Source of the DNA: Clostridia bacterium
GTDB lineage: Bacteria > Bacillota > Clostridia > UMGS1883
Reading direction: 5' to 3'
DNA length: 64,000 nucleotides
NCBI GenBank assembly: GCA_051866635.1
Contig: JBJDXJ010000001.1
Coordinates: 15,765-79,764 of the forward strand
The translations under genes were made by a program, and so were the position numbers. Positions 50,864 to 61,773 of the stretch are shown here, piece by piece. A model generated the notes under the pieces. That model saw nothing but the letters and a program-made list of their open reading frames with translations, was not told the origin of the DNA and made no database searches. How positions within the stretch are numbered: the stretch's first letter is position 1; each line of letters begins with the position of its first letter.

Positions 50864-50934
50864 GACGGTTCCTCCTTAGAGAAGTTTTCGAGAAGAGAGA
50901 AAAGTAATAGTTAATAGTTAATAGTGAATAAGTA

Positions 50935-50970
50935 AAAATCGACAAGTCCTTAGAAAGTCTTGTCGATTTT
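50935..50970 (-). terminator. tRNA terminator
   Basis: AAAATCGACAAG...CTTGTCGATTTT. Confidence 0.75.
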
Positions 50971-51053
50971 TGGTGCGAGAGGCGGGACTTGAACCCGCAT
51001 GGTCTCCCACACGCACCTTAAACGTGCGCGTCTGCCGATTCCGCCACTCTCGC
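50971..51053 (-). tRNA. tRNA-Leu, anticodon AAG
   Basis: GCGAGAG acceptor, anticodon arm CACGT-TTAAGGT-GCGTG, long variable arm, GGTTCAAGTCC T-loop, encoded CCA; promoter TTGACA-17-TATAAT at 51113-51085. Confidence 0.93.
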
Positions 51054-51209
51054 ATATTTATTCGTTTTTTCAACGACAAGAGTTATTATAGCAGGGTGAG
51101 CTGTTTTTGTCAATACGAATTTTGAAATTTTTTAGATTTTGGCATTAATTTTTCAATATACAAACAAACGGACTCCATAGAGTCCGTCTAATAAATATTT
51201 TGACCTTAA

Positions 51210-51638
51210 TCAGTTACTTCCTCGTCTGTAGCTACCACGTTTCGCATCTGTATTACGTTTAATATCCTGCATACGTTCGTCGCTTGTAGATTTGAACTTT
51301 GCCATCTTTTCTTCAAAAGACAACGCCATAAACTGTTCATCGGAACGACGGGAAAAATCCACCTCGGCAGGTACACCTGAAAAAGCAGGTGCCTTAGCTT
51401 TGGTTTCAACAGCCTTCTTTATAGACAAACTGATTTTTCCGTTAGGCTCAACGGTAAGGACCTTTACCTTTACAACCTGTCCAACACTAAGATGCTCCTT
51501 AATATCCTTAACGTAATTACGAGCAACCTCTGAAATATGTACAAGTCCTGTTTTTCCTTCGGGCAAATCTACGAATGCACCAAAACCTGTGATACCTGAA
51601 ATTTTACCCTCAACAATAGAACCAACTTCCAATGACAT
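51210..51638 (-). CDS. S1 domain RNA-binding protein (YabR/YugI-like)
   Basis: GITGFGAFV...GLVHISEV; follows divIC. Confidence 0.92.
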   Translation of the reverse strand: MSLEVGSIVEGKISGITGFGAFVDLPEGKTGLVHISEVARNYVKDIKEHLSVGQVVKVKVLTVEPNGKISLSIKKAVETKAKAPAFSGVPAEVDFSRRSDEQFMALSFEEKMAKFKSTSDERMQDIKRNTDAKRGSYRRGSN

Positions 51639-51672
51639 TTATGTCTTATCTCCCTTCAACTTTTCAGCTTTA

Positions 51673-51936
51673 TCAGTCAGCATCTCGAAATACAACTTCG
51701 TCTGAGCGGACATAACCCAATCTTTCACGGGCAATATCCTCAATATACTCATCTGACATGTATGTATTTTCCTGAGTTTCCAGCTCAAGCTTCCTTTCAT
51801 TCATAGCATCGATAGACTCCTCAAGTCTGGCAACTTCAGCCTTTTTCTTATTGATGGTAAGCTGCTGAGATACAACGCAAGCTACGGTACAGGCTATTAC
51901 AATGCCCCAAAAAATCCAACGTATCTTTTTATTCAA
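51673..51936 (-). CDS. divIC: Septum formation initiator DivIC/FtsB
   Basis: TM plus coiled coil plus YIEDIARERLGYV; yabPQ context. Confidence 0.9.
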   Translation of the reverse strand: MNKKIRWIFWGIVIACTVACVVSQQLTINKKKAEVARLEESIDAMNERKLELETQENTYMSDEYIEDIARERLGYVRSDEVVFRDAD

Positions 51937-52002
51937 CCCAATACCCCCACTTTCGTATAACGTAATTACTATAACTTATTTTTTTGGATTTGTAAAGAGT
52001 TT

Positions 52003-52512
52003 TTATATCATTTGTATACGTTTTTTTACAGTTTTTTTATTTTTTTCTCTTTTCAGAGCCAGTTTTTTCCGTGTTTTGTTTATCTTAGATGCTTTTTTTA
52101 TTATTTTTGTTTCAAAAAGTTCTGCAATTGTTGACATTATTCTTAAAATAAACATTAAAGGAGTATATATTATTTTAAAAATTATCCTTATAAATTTCAA
52201 TAAAAGTGTCAAAATTTTATCCAGTATTTTTCTTTCCAAGGATGAAAAAACAAAATACTGAAACAACATTCCCATCAATATTCCTATCATCTGATAGTAT
52301 CTTAATGCACCGAAATTGTATTTTACACCTGTATAAAAAAGAATGAGAAATACCACGAGAAAATAGATTGCGTCAAATATGTTCACAACTATTACATTTT
52401 TTCCATAGTGTTTCCTTATTACCCAAACAATATCAAAAAGCACCACACAAAGTATTCCCACCAAAACACTTATAAGGAAAACCCTTCCCTGTGCCAGATC
52501 GGAAACCTTCAT
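52003..52512 (-). CDS. yabQ: Spore cortex biosynthesis protein YabQ
   Basis: TM-rich, GALRYY motif, located between yabP and divIC. Confidence 0.85.
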   Translation of the reverse strand: MKVSDLAQGRVFLISVLVGILCVVLFDIVWVIRKHYGKNVIVVNIFDAIYFLVVFLILFYTGVKYNFGALRYYQMIGILMGMLFQYFVFSSLERKILDKILTLLLKFIRIIFKIIYTPLMFILRIMSTIAELFETKIIKKASKINKTRKKLALKREKNKKTVKKRIQMI

Positions 52513-52779
52513 TTATTTAAACATCCTTCCTAAAATACCTTCCGACTTCTTAACACTTTTTGAATAGTTGATACTTGTAACAATATCGCCTTTAATGTTA
52601 ACTTCACCTTTTTCTTTTGAAACATTTTCAACCTTTAACCCGTTGCCCTTCACATAAATTGTGGCATCGGCAATGGTAAGCACAACCTCCCCATCGTTAA
52701 AGCTTACAACATTTTTAACTCCGCTGACTGTAAGTTTTTCTCTTCCTTCAAGTATAAGATTATGTAAATTTTCTTCCAT
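52513..52779 (-). CDS. yabP: Sporulation protein YabP
   Basis: HNLILEGREKLTVSGVKNVVSF...GRMFK. Confidence 0.88.
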   Translation of the reverse strand: MEENLHNLILEGREKLTVSGVKNVVSFNDGEVVLTIADATIYVKGNGLKVENVSKEKGEVNIKGDIVTSINYSKSVKKSEGILGRMFK

Positions 52780-52826
52780 AAAACAAAACCTCCCATACAT
52801 AATTATATGCGTGGGAGGTTTCACTA

Positions 52827-55667
52827 TTACTTATTTAATATATCTTTTAAGAACTGACCTGTATATGACTGTTCACACTTTGCCACGCACTCGGGTGTTC
52901 CCGTAACAACTACGGTGCCTCCGCCGTTACCGCCCTCAGGTCCCATGTCTATAATATAGTCTGCAGATTTAATAACATCTAAGTTATGTTCAATAACCAC
53001 AATTGTATTTCCGTTATCCACCAGCTTGTTAAGCATTGTTATAAGACGGTGTACATCAGCACTGTGAAGCCCTGTTGTAGGTTCGTCCAGAATATAAATT
53101 GTTTTGCCTGTAGGTCTTTTAGCCAATTCTGTGGCAAGTTTAACACGCTGTGCTTCACCGCCTGAAAGAGTTGTAGATGGCTGACCGATTTTAATATAGC
53201 CTAAGCCCACGTCCTGAAGTACATCAAGTCTTCTTTTTATTTTGGGGATGCTTTCAAAAAATTCCACCCCTTCATCAACGGTCATTTCAAGCACATCAGA
53301 AATGCTCTTTCCTTTGAACTTTACTTCCAATGTTTCACGGTTATATCTCTTGCCCTTACAAACTTCACAGGGTACGTAAACATCAGGTAAAAAGTGCATC
53401 TCAATTTTTAATATACCGTCACCTGAACAAGCTTCGCAACGACCTCCACGGACATTAAAGGAAAAGCGTCCCGATTGATAGCCGCGAGCCTTGGCATCGG
53501 GTGTTGATGCGAACAATTCACGTATATCGCTGAAAAGACCCGTATATGTTGCAGGGTTACTTCTGGGTGTTCTGCCAATTGGTGACTGGTCTATATTTAT
53601 AACCTTATCCAAATTTTCAAGCCCTTCAATGCCTCTATGCTTGCCTGCCACAGTATGTGCCCTGTTCAATTCATAAGCCAAGCGGTTATATAAAATGCAG
53701 TTTACAAGACTGCTTTTACCTGAACCCGATACACCTGTTACGCAAACAAACTTGCCAAGGGGAATTGTAACGTCAATATTTTTAAGATTGTTTTCAGCGG
53801 CACCTAAAACTTTCAGGAAATTGCCGTTCCCCTCTCTCCTAGACTTTGGAACAGGGATTTTCTTTCTGCCTGACAGATATGCCCCTGTCAGTGAATTTTC
53901 ACACTTCATAATTTCCTCGGCTGTACCTTCGGCAATAATTTCACCGCCGTGTACACCTGCCAAAGGTCCAACGTCAACAATGTGGTCGGCTTCACGCATT
54001 GTGTCTTCATCATGCTCTACCACAATTAAAGTATTACCCAAATCTCTTAAACCCTTTAAAGAGTCTAAAAGCTTTCCATTGTCACGCTGATGAAGGCCTA
54101 TGCTGGGTTCGTCTAAAATATACATAACACCCACAAGACCTGAACCTATTTGTGTGGCAAGCCTTATTCGCTGTGCTTCACCGCCTGAAAGAGAACCTGA
54201 AGAACGGGTTAATGTAAGATAATCAAGCCCCACATTTTTAAGAAACTGTAGCCTTAGTACAATTTCCTTTATAATCTGTTCGGAAATGGTTTTCTGCATA
54301 TCGGTAAACTGCTCGGGCAGTTTTTTCACGAATTCAATTTCATCACTGACTGACAAATCGCAAAGCTGGTGAATATTAAGCCCACCAACTGTTACTGCCA
54401 GTGTTTCCTTTTTCAGTCTTTGACCTTGGCAAGCATCGCAGGGTATTTCACGCATCAGATTTTCTATATCCATTTTAACCCAGTCGGAATTTGTTTCGTC
54501 ATACCTTCTTTGAAGGTTATTTACCAAACCTTCAAACTCGATACTTCTTTTTCTTACACTTCCGTTTTCGCTTACATATTCAACTTCAATCTTTTCGCCC
54601 TGTGTTCCGTAAAGGATTATCTGTATAACCTCTTTCGGAAGGTTTTTAACAGGGGTGTTAAGGTTAAAGCCATAAGTCTTTGCAAGAGCCTTATATACGG
54701 CATTTGCCACAGATGTATCCTTGTCTGCGGCTCTCCATCCGCTTACCGCAAAGGCACCTTCCAAAATTGAAAGCTCGCTTGATACTAAAACAAGTCTGGG
54801 GTCGATTTTTTTCAAAATGCCAAGCCCTGAACAAACGGGGCATGCACCAAAGGGGCTGTTGAAAGAAAATGTTCTCGGTGAAAGCTCATCAATACTTACG
54901 CCGCAATCAGGACAGGCATAGTTCTGGGAAAAGAGTATTTCATCATCTTCCGTTAAAACTACAACCAATCCCCCTGCCAATTGAAGGGCAAGCTCCAATG
55001 ACTGGGTAAGTCTTGTTACGATTTCCTCCTTAACCATAAGCCTGTCGATAACAATTTCTATATTATGTCTTTTCTGCTTATCAAGCTTTATTTCTTCGCT
55101 AAGTTCATATAAAATGCCGTCTACCCTTACTCTTACGTAACCGCTTTTTTTAGCATTTTCAAAAACCTTTAAATGCTCACCTTTTTTAGCTCTTACAACC
55201 GGAGCCAAAATCTGTATTTTACTTTTTTCGGGCATTTCCATAATCTTGTCAACAATCTGGTCAATAGTCTGCCTTTCAATTCTTTTACCGCACTTAGGGC
55301 AATGAGGCACACCGCATCTTGCATAAAGAAGCCTAAGATAGTCTGAAATTTCAGTTACCGTACCTACAGTTGAACGAGGGTTTTTGCTTGTTGTTTTCTG
55401 GTCAATACATATAGCAGGTGAAAGTCCTGTTATTTCGTCCACATCGGGCTTTTCCATCTGACCTAAGAATTGACGGGCATATGATGAGAGTGATTCAACA
55501 TATCGTCTTTGTCCTTCTGCAAATATGGTGTCAAAGGCAAGGCTTGTCTTGCCTGAACCTGACACACCTGTAAAAACCGTAAGTGTATTTCTTGGAATTT
55601 TTAAACTGACATTTTTTAAATTATTTGCTCTTGCACCTTTTACTTCAATATAATCGCTTATCATCAT
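52827..55667 (-). CDS. uvrA: Excinuclease ABC subunit A
   Basis: Two GVSGSGK Walker A motifs, LSGGEAQR twice, Zn fingers. Confidence 0.98.
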   Translation of the reverse strand: MMISDYIEVKGARANNLKNVSLKIPRNTLTVFTGVSGSGKTSLAFDTIFAEGQRRYVESLSSYARQFLGQMEKPDVDEITGLSPAICIDQKTTSKNPRSTVGTVTEISDYLRLLYARCGVPHCPKCGKRIERQTIDQIVDKIMEMPEKSKIQILAPVVRAKKGEHLKVFENAKKSGYVRVRVDGILYELSEEIKLDKQKRHNIEIVIDRLMVKEEIVTRLTQSLELALQLAGGLVVVLTEDDEILFSQNYACPDCGVSIDELSPRTFSFNSPFGACPVCSGLGILKKIDPRLVLVSSELSILEGAFAVSGWRAADKDTSVANAVYKALAKTYGFNLNTPVKNLPKEVIQIILYGTQGEKIEVEYVSENGSVRKRSIEFEGLVNNLQRRYDETNSDWVKMDIENLMREIPCDACQGQRLKKETLAVTVGGLNIHQLCDLSVSDEIEFVKKLPEQFTDMQKTISEQIIKEIVLRLQFLKNVGLDYLTLTRSSGSLSGGEAQRIRLATQIGSGLVGVMYILDEPSIGLHQRDNGKLLDSLKGLRDLGNTLIVVEHDEDTMREADHIVDVGPLAGVHGGEIIAEGTAEEIMKCENSLTGAYLSGRKKIPVPKSRREGNGNFLKVLGAAENNLKNIDVTIPLGKFVCVTGVSGSGKSSLVNCILYNRLAYELNRAHTVAGKHRGIEGLENLDKVINIDQSPIGRTPRSNPATYTGLFSDIRELFASTPDAKARGYQSGRFSFNVRGGRCEACSGDGILKIEMHFLPDVYVPCEVCKGKRYNRETLEVKFKGKSISDVLEMTVDEGVEFFESIPKIKRRLDVLQDVGLGYIKIGQPSTTLSGGEAQRVKLATELAKRPTGKTIYILDEPTTGLHSADVHRLITMLNKLVDNGNTIVVIEHNLDVIKSADYIIDMGPEGGNGGGTVVVTGTPECVAKCEQSYTGQFLKDILNK

Positions 55668-55672
55668 TCCAC

Positions 55673-57616
55673 CTACTTTTCTCTTTTCAGCTTCAATATT
55701 CTGTCACGTATTCTTGCCGCATCTTCAAACCTTAGTTCTTCACTTGCCTGAAGCATAGCCTTTGTAAGCTTTTCAATAATCTCCTTATTTTCGGGAGCTT
55801 TGTCATCATCCTTTTCCTCATGCACTGCGGCAATAGTTTCAGCAATAGCTTTCACAATAGTCTTAGGAGTAATATTATGCTCTTTATTATAGCTATCTTG
55901 TATTTTTCGTCTTCTTTCGGTTTCATCTATGGCACGTTGCATGGACTCGGTTATCCTGTCGGCATACATAATAACCTCGCCCTTATCATTTCGTGCGGCA
56001 CGGCCGATAGTCTGAATAAGGCTTGTTTCACTTCTGAGAAATCCTTCTTTATCCGCATCAAGTATTGCAACAAGTGAAACCTCGGGAAGGTCCAAGCCTT
56101 CTCTTAAAAGGTTAATACCTACCAGAACATCAAACACTCCCAGTCTTAAATCGCGTATAATTTCCATTCTCTCCATTGTTTCTACATCAGAATGCATATA
56201 CTTTACCCTTACACCCATAGATGCAAAATGGTCTGTTAAATCCTCCGCCATTTTCTTTGTCAATGTTGTTACAAGGACCCTTTCGTTGTTTTCTGTACGC
56301 TTGTAAATTTCCGAAAGCAAATCGTCAACCTGACCTTCAACAGGCTTTACAATAACCCGTGGGTCAAGAAGCCCTGTGGGACGGATAAGCTGTTGTACAG
56401 TGTTAACACTATGGTCCTTTTCGTACTGTGCAGGCGTTGCACTGACGTAAATGGCCTGATTAATTCTTTCTTCAAATTCGTTAAACATTAAGGGACGGTT
56501 GTCGAAAGCACTGGGCAGACGGAACCCATATTCCACCAAACTTTCCTTACGGCTTCTGTCCCCTGCATACATCGCCCTAACCTGAGGGATTGTTACATGG
56601 CTTTCATCAACAACCAATAAAAAGTCATCGGGGAAATAATCCAAAAGTGTATACGGAGCACTTCCCGCTTTCCTACCGCTTATATGCCTTGAATAGTTTT
56701 CAATGCCCGAACAGTAGCCTATTTCACGCATCATTTCAATATCATATTCTGTTCTTTCGCCTATTCGCTGTGCTTCAAGAAACCTTTGCTCGCCTCTGAA
56801 ATATTCCAACCTTTCGTCAAGCTCCTCACGGATTGAAGCAATTGCTTTTTCACGTTTTTCTTTTGTTGTAACATAGTGTGAAGCAGGATAAATTCCTATA
56901 TGGTCACGTGTGCCTATAACCTCACCTGTCAAGGTGTCAATTTCGCTTATACGTTCAATTTCGTCTCCGAAAAATTCAATCCTTACGGCATTTTCGCCGC
57001 TGTTCGAGGGGAACACCTCCAGTATGTCCCCGTGAACACGGAACTTACCTCTTACAAAATTAATGTCGTTTCTTTCGTACTGCATCTCAATAAGACGGCG
57101 TATAACCTCATCCATGTCCTTTTCCATACCCGGACGGAGGGAAATAATCATAGTTGAATAATCTTCAGGGTCACCCAAACCGTAAATACAGCTTACAGAA
57201 GCAACTACAATAACATCCCGTCTTTCAAAAAGGGCTGTTGTGGCACTATGACGCAATTTGTCTATTTCCTCATTTAACTGTGCATCCTTTTCAATATAGG
57301 TGTCGCTGGCATAAATATACGCTTCAGGCTGATAGTAGTCGTAATAGCTCACAAAATATTCAACTGCATTTTCAGGGAAAAACTCCTTAAATTCGCTACA
57401 AAGCTGTGCCGCCAGGGTTTTATTGTGGGCAAGCACCAGTGTGGGCTTATTCACCTTTTCAATAACATTTGCAATTGTAAAAGTTTTACCCGAACCTGTT
57501 ACACCTAAAAGTATCTGTCCTCTATCGCCTCTTAGTACACCTTCTGCAAGGCTTTCAATCGCCTGCGGCTGGTCACCGGAGGGTTTATATTCGGAATGTA
57601 GTATAAACTTATCCAC
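55673..57616 (-). CDS. uvrB: Excinuclease ABC subunit B
   Basis: [29 protein letters not shown]; GTG start. Confidence 0.98.
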   Translation of the reverse strand: MDKFILHSEYKPSGDQPQAIESLAEGVLRGDRGQILLGVTGSGKTFTIANVIEKVNKPTLVLAHNKTLAAQLCSEFKEFFPENAVEYFVSYYDYYQPEAYIYASDTYIEKDAQLNEEIDKLRHSATTALFERRDVIVVASVSCIYGLGDPEDYSTMIISLRPGMEKDMDEVIRRLIEMQYERNDINFVRGKFRVHGDILEVFPSNSGENAVRIEFFGDEIERISEIDTLTGEVIGTRDHIGIYPASHYVTTKEKREKAIASIREELDERLEYFRGEQRFLEAQRIGERTEYDIEMMREIGYCSGIENYSRHISGRKAGSAPYTLLDYFPDDFLLVVDESHVTIPQVRAMYAGDRSRKESLVEYGFRLPSAFDNRPLMFNEFEERINQAIYVSATPAQYEKDHSVNTVQQLIRPTGLLDPRVIVKPVEGQVDDLLSEIYKRTENNERVLVTTLTKKMAEDLTDHFASMGVRVKYMHSDVETMERMEIIRDLRLGVFDVLVGINLLREGLDLPEVSLVAILDADKEGFLRSETSLIQTIGRAARNDKGEVIMYADRITESMQRAIDETERRRKIQDSYNKEHNITPKTIVKAIAETIAAVHEEKDDDKAPENKEIIEKLTKAMLQASEELRFEDAARIRDRILKLKREK

Positions 57617-57637
57617 AATTATCACCTTCCATAAGTA

Positions 57638-57680
57638 CGAACATTTGTTCTATTATACAACAAATTTTTCACCTTGTCAA
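57638..57680 (-). promoter_or_regulatory. uvrB sigmaA promoter with LexA (SOS) box
   Basis: TTGACA-17-TATAAT (57680-57652); GAAC-N4-GTTC at 57639-57650. Confidence 0.88.
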
Positions 57681-57695
57681 TAGATGAAAGGCTGT

Positions 57696-58148
57696 TTAAA
57701 AACAGCCTTCACTCCATATATTTTCAATTATACTTACACTTTCCTCGAGATTAATCTTATCATCTTCTGTAAACCTTGAAAATAAAGGGCTGTCAATATC
57801 AAGCACACCCACAACAGTCCCGTTTACATGTATGGGAATAACAATTTCGGAATTTGAGGCACAGTCACAAGCAATATGCCCCGGAAACTTATGCACATCA
57901 GAAACCAGCTGTGTTTTATCTTCCATAACTGCGGTGCCACACACGCCTCTGCCCACCTTTATCCTTACACAGGCTGTTTTACCCTGAAAAGGTCCTAAAC
58001 GAAGCTCACCATCACGCATAAGGTAAAACCCTACCCAGTTGATATTATCAAGATATTCATTTAAAAGTGCAGATGCATTTGAAAGGTTTGAAATAATTCC
58101 ATCCTCTTTACACAATAGAGCCTTAAGTTTCCTGTTCATTTCGTTCAT
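57696..58148 (-). CDS. msrC: GAF-domain free methionine-R-sulfoxide reductase
   Basis: NWVGFY, GPFQG..AC, GVCG, HIACD, SEIV, LDIDS. Confidence 0.9.
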   Translation of the reverse strand: MNEMNRKLKALLCKEDGIISNLSNASALLNEYLDNINWVGFYLMRDGELRLGPFQGKTACVRIKVGRGVCGTAVMEDKTQLVSDVHKFPGHIACDCASNSEIVIPIHVNGTVVGVLDIDSPLFSRFTEDDKINLEESVSIIENIWSEGCF

Positions 58149-59184
58149 ATTCGTCCCTCATTATATCATAGGTAGTTTGTACGCCTTTTTCAATATCATA
58201 TACACATTTCCAGCCGATTTTTTCAAGTTTTTCGCCATTTAAAACGCCACGTACAATATTGCTTCCACCCTTTGTACCGCCCTTGGGAAGATCAAATACA
58301 ACCTCTCTGCACGCTTCTTTAGCAACACGTTTTGCTAAATCTCCTATTGAAATAATGCTGTCTTTATTTGCGATGTTATATGCCTGTCCGCCTTCACCAT
58401 TCAAAAGTGCAGTAACAATTCCGCTTACAGCATCAAATACACAGGTATAGCTTCTTACAGGAAGCCCAAGGCTTTTTAAAACAATATCCTCGCCCTTTAC
58501 TGCTTTTGTAAAAAATTCGCTCATGGCTCTGCTGTCACGAATCAGCTGTGTAGGTCCGTAAGTGTGGGAAGGACGTACAATAACCACATCCACCCCATAC
58601 TGCTCCCTATAGCACACCAAAAGGTTTTCTGCCGCCCTTTTTCCCGAGGGGTAACAACTGCGAACATTGGTAAAATCAACGTATCCTGAATAATCCTCGC
58701 TAAATGCATCACATTTTCCGTCCCACTGACCATAAACTTCGCCTGAGGATACAAAGAGAAGTCTTTCAGTGCTGTTTTCTTTTGCATATTCCAAAAGATT
58801 AAGGGTGCCTATAAAATTGGAAGTCATTGTGCCTACAGGGTCTATATGAAACATTTTCGGGTCCGCATTGCTTGCGGCATGAATTATATAGTCAAAATGT
58901 ATGTCTTTTTTCACAGGATTTTCAATATTGTAATTAAAGTAATGAAGGTTGTCCCTTTTTATAAACCTTTTGTTAAAGCTGTCAATACTTCGGCTTGCGG
59001 CATAAACTTTTAAATTAAGATTATATTTTTCGCCTATTAAAATAATGTAGTCTGTCAAAGCCTTGCCTATAAGCCCTGTTGCACCTGTTACAAGGATTGA
59101 CTTGCCCATCATCTTTTCATAATCCAAATCTGTATTTATCACACCTAAAAGTGCAGATAAGTACTTTTCGTTTAACTCCAGCAT
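58123..59184 (-). CDS. NAD-dependent epimerase/dehydratase (extended SDR)
   Basis: GATGLIG, HAAS, SSGEVYG, YPSGK. Confidence 0.9.
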   Translation of the reverse strand: MLELNEKYLSALLGVINTDLDYEKMMGKSILVTGATGLIGKALTDYIILIGEKYNLNLKVYAASRSIDSFNKRFIKRDNLHYFNYNIENPVKKDIHFDYIIHAASNADPKMFHIDPVGTMTSNFIGTLNLLEYAKENSTERLLFVSSGEVYGQWDGKCDAFSEDYSGYVDFTNVRSCYPSGKRAAENLLVCYREQYGVDVVIVRPSHTYGPTQLIRDSRAMSEFFTKAVKGEDIVLKSLGLPVRSYTCVFDAVSGIVTALLNGEGGQAYNIANKDSIISIGDLAKRVAKEACREVVFDLPKGGTKGGSNIVRGVLNGEKLEKIGWKCVYDIEKGVQTTYDIMRDEYERNEQET

Positions 59185-59208
59185 TTAACTTACCACCCCA
59201 TTAAAAAT

Positions 59209-59919
59209 TTACTTTAACCAATTATCCCTCTCTGCCGCCAGAAGAGCCTTGAAAATTTCAATATCATCAACGGTTGTAAGCTTTATATTCTTTTCACTGC
59301 CGGGAGAAAAACAAACCGTTTTTCCAAGTTCCACCATCATAGTACATGATGCCACAGAATTTGTAATGCCTTTTTCCAAAGCCTCTTTATGTGCCGCGGC
59401 AATATCACCTAAGTAAAAGCCCTGAGGAGTCTGGGTCCTCTTTAAATTTTCACGGGGATAGGACTTATTTGTTGTAACACCGTCTTCTGTTTCAAGCATT
59501 GCTTCCTGACAGGGTATTGTCACAATGGCACTGCCCTTTTCCTTTACAGTATCAATACAGTCTGAAATAATTTTTTCCGAAACCATAGGGCGTATAGCAT
59601 CATGTATAAGCACAATATCGTCTTTACCATAATGCTTTGAGAGTTCTTCTATACCGTTACGGATACTTCCCTGTCCGTTTGAACCTCCCGGGATAATATG
59701 CTTAAGCTTGGCAATACCGAACTGGTTTGCATATGCTTGAAGCATAGTTTCCCATCCTTCTATACATACAACCGCAATTATGTCAACATTTTCACACTGC
59801 TGAAACCTTTCCATTGTATATACAATAACAGGCTTATTGTTAACATTCAAAAACTGTTTGGGAATGTCCTGCCCCATTCGGTTGCCTACACCCCCTGCTA
59901 TAATAAGAGCTATATTCAT
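59209..59919 (-). CDS. IspD/TarI-family cytidylyltransferase
   Basis: AGGVGNRM..PKQF, IHDAIRP, QTPQ, NIKLTT. Confidence 0.9.
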   Translation of the reverse strand: MNIALIIAGGVGNRMGQDIPKQFLNVNNKPVIVYTMERFQQCENVDIIAVVCIEGWETMLQAYANQFGIAKLKHIIPGGSNGQGSIRNGIEELSKHYGKDDIVLIHDAIRPMVSEKIISDCIDTVKEKGSAIVTIPCQEAMLETEDGVTTNKSYPRENLKRTQTPQGFYLGDIAAAHKEALEKGITNSVASCTMMVELGKTVCFSPGSEKNIKLTTVDDIEIFKALLAAERDNWLK

Positions 59920-59929
59920 TTTTGTCTCC

Positions 59930-60457
59930 TTAATCTTTAAAAACTTCAATATTTTCAAAAATATAAGCTACCCAGCTTGCCGCTGTAAATAAAGTTGCAA
60001 TATAAATGCCTATCTGACCTACCAAAACGCCTGTAGGATTATCCGTGGCAAAAGTGATAAAGCCTAAAATAACGGAAAACATTTGAATATTTGTTTTAAT
60101 TTTGCCCCACCATGAAGCGGCAATCACCTTGCCCTTGTCGACAGCCACAACACGCATACCTGTCACAAAAAATTCACGTGCAAGTATAATTACAACGCAC
60201 CATGCATTTATAAAGCCCATCTGTAAAAAGCACAAAAGTGCACCGAAAACAAGAATTTTGTCAGCTAAAGGGTCCATAATTTTGCCGAAACTTGTGACAA
60301 GGTTGTTTTTACGTGCAATATATCCGTCAAAAAAGTCAGTAATCGATGCAACAATAAAAACTGCAAGAGCCGTGTACATATGTCCTGACAATGTAAGAGC
60401 CATACACACAGGCACAAGCACTATTCTTATTAAAGTAAGTTTGTTAGGTAAGTTCAT
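59930..60457 (-). CDS. pgsA: CDP-diacylglycerol--glycerol-3-phosphate 3-phosphatidyltransferase
   Basis: NLPNKLT..R, DFFDGYIAR...GKIMDPLADK. Confidence 0.96.
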   Translation of the reverse strand: MNLPNKLTLIRIVLVPVCMALTLSGHMYTALAVFIVASITDFFDGYIARKNNLVTSFGKIMDPLADKILVFGALLCFLQMGFINAWCVVIILAREFFVTGMRVVAVDKGKVIAASWWGKIKTNIQMFSVILGFITFATDNPTGVLVGQIGIYIATLFTAASWVAYIFENIEVFKD

Positions 60458-61773
60458 TCTTCCACCTGCTCCCCATATAAATCGTATTCATCAAAGTTTA
60501 CAATCTTTATTTTTATAAAATCACCCATATTCAGCTCATCTAAGGAGCCAAAATAAATCTTCGGGTCAACATCCATACTTTCAGCCTGACTTCTGCCGTA
60601 GTAAAGGTTATCTTCAAAACCTTCAACCACAACCTCTACTATCTTGCCAAGCATTTTTTCGTTCCGCTCTTTTGAAATTTTCTGGGCGATTTCCATTACC
60701 GCATCACGGCGTGCCTCTTTAACTTCTTCGTCTATCTGTTCTTTTAATTTTGCCGCCGGTGTTCCTTCTTCACAGGAATAGGCAAATACACCCATACGGT
60801 CAAATTTTGCTTCTTTCACAAAACTTAAAAGCTCATTAAAGTCATCCTCTGTTTCACCGGGGAACCCTGCAATAATGCTTGTACGAAGGGTAATTCCCTT
60901 AACACTTTCTCTAAGTTTCCTTACGCAGTTTAAAATTTCTTGCCTCGTTGTAGGTCTTCCCATTCTTTTAAGAACCCTGTCACATCCGTGCTGAACGGGA
61001 ATATCCAGGTATTTAACAAGTTTTTCTTCGTTTTTAAATGTTTCAATAAGTTCATCGTCAATTGATTCGGGGTAACAGTAATGGACCCTTACCCACTTGA
61101 TTTTTTCAATGGCACAAAGCTCATGTATAAGCTCGGGAAGCTTCTTTTCTCTGTAGAGGTCAACACCGTATCTTGTTGTATCCTGGGCAACTAAGATAAT
61201 TTCCTTTACCCCTTCTTCTGAAATTGCTTTTGCTTCATTTACGATACTTTCCATATTTCTGCTACGGTATTTTCCCCTTATTGAAGGGATTGCACAGTAT
61301 GTGCAGTGATTGTCACAGCCTTCGGCTATTTTTATATATGCAACATGGTCAGGTGTTGTTCTGACTCTTGGTTCATCTTCAATTGCAAAATTAATATCAT
61401 CCTTATATTCGCTTTTGCCTTTTTCCATAGCTTCTTTTACGGCTTTTGCAATATCCTTATAGCTTCCCGTACCTAAAATTACATCAACCTCGGGAAGTTC
61501 TTTTTTTATGTCCTCGCTGTAACGCTGGGCAAGACAGCCTGCACAAACAAGCAGTTTGCAATTTTCTTTTTTATATTCAGCCATTTCAAGAATGGTATTA
61601 ATAGCCTCTTCCTTTGCAGAATCGATAAATCCGCATGTATTTACAACGATTATGTCAGCTTCCTGTGGGTTTGACACAATCTCGTAGCCCTCATGCAGCA
61701 TAATGCCAATCATATTTTCAGTATCAACAAGGTTTTTTGAACAACCCAACGATACAAAACCAACTTTATTCAT
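60454..61773 (-). CDS. rimO: Ribosomal protein S12 methylthiotransferase
   Basis: SLGCSKNLVD, NTCGFI, CDNHCTYC, TRAM domain. Confidence 0.96.
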   Translation of the reverse strand: MNKVGFVSLGCSKNLVDTENMIGIMLHEGYEIVSNPQEADIIVVNTCGFIDSAKEEAINTILEMAEYKKENCKLLVCAGCLAQRYSEDIKKELPEVDVILGTGSYKDIAKAVKEAMEKGKSEYKDDINFAIEDEPRVRTTPDHVAYIKIAEGCDNHCTYCAIPSIRGKYRSRNMESIVNEAKAISEEGVKEIILVAQDTTRYGVDLYREKKLPELIHELCAIEKIKWVRVHYCYPESIDDELIETFKNEEKLVKYLDIPVQHGCDRVLKRMGRPTTRQEILNCVRKLRESVKGITLRTSIIAGFPGETEDDFNELLSFVKEAKFDRMGVFAYSCEEGTPAAKLKEQIDEEVKEARRDAVMEIAQKISKERNEKMLGKIVEVVVEGFEDNLYYGRSQAESMDVDPKIYFGSLDELNMGDFIKIKIVNFDEYDLYGEQVEE

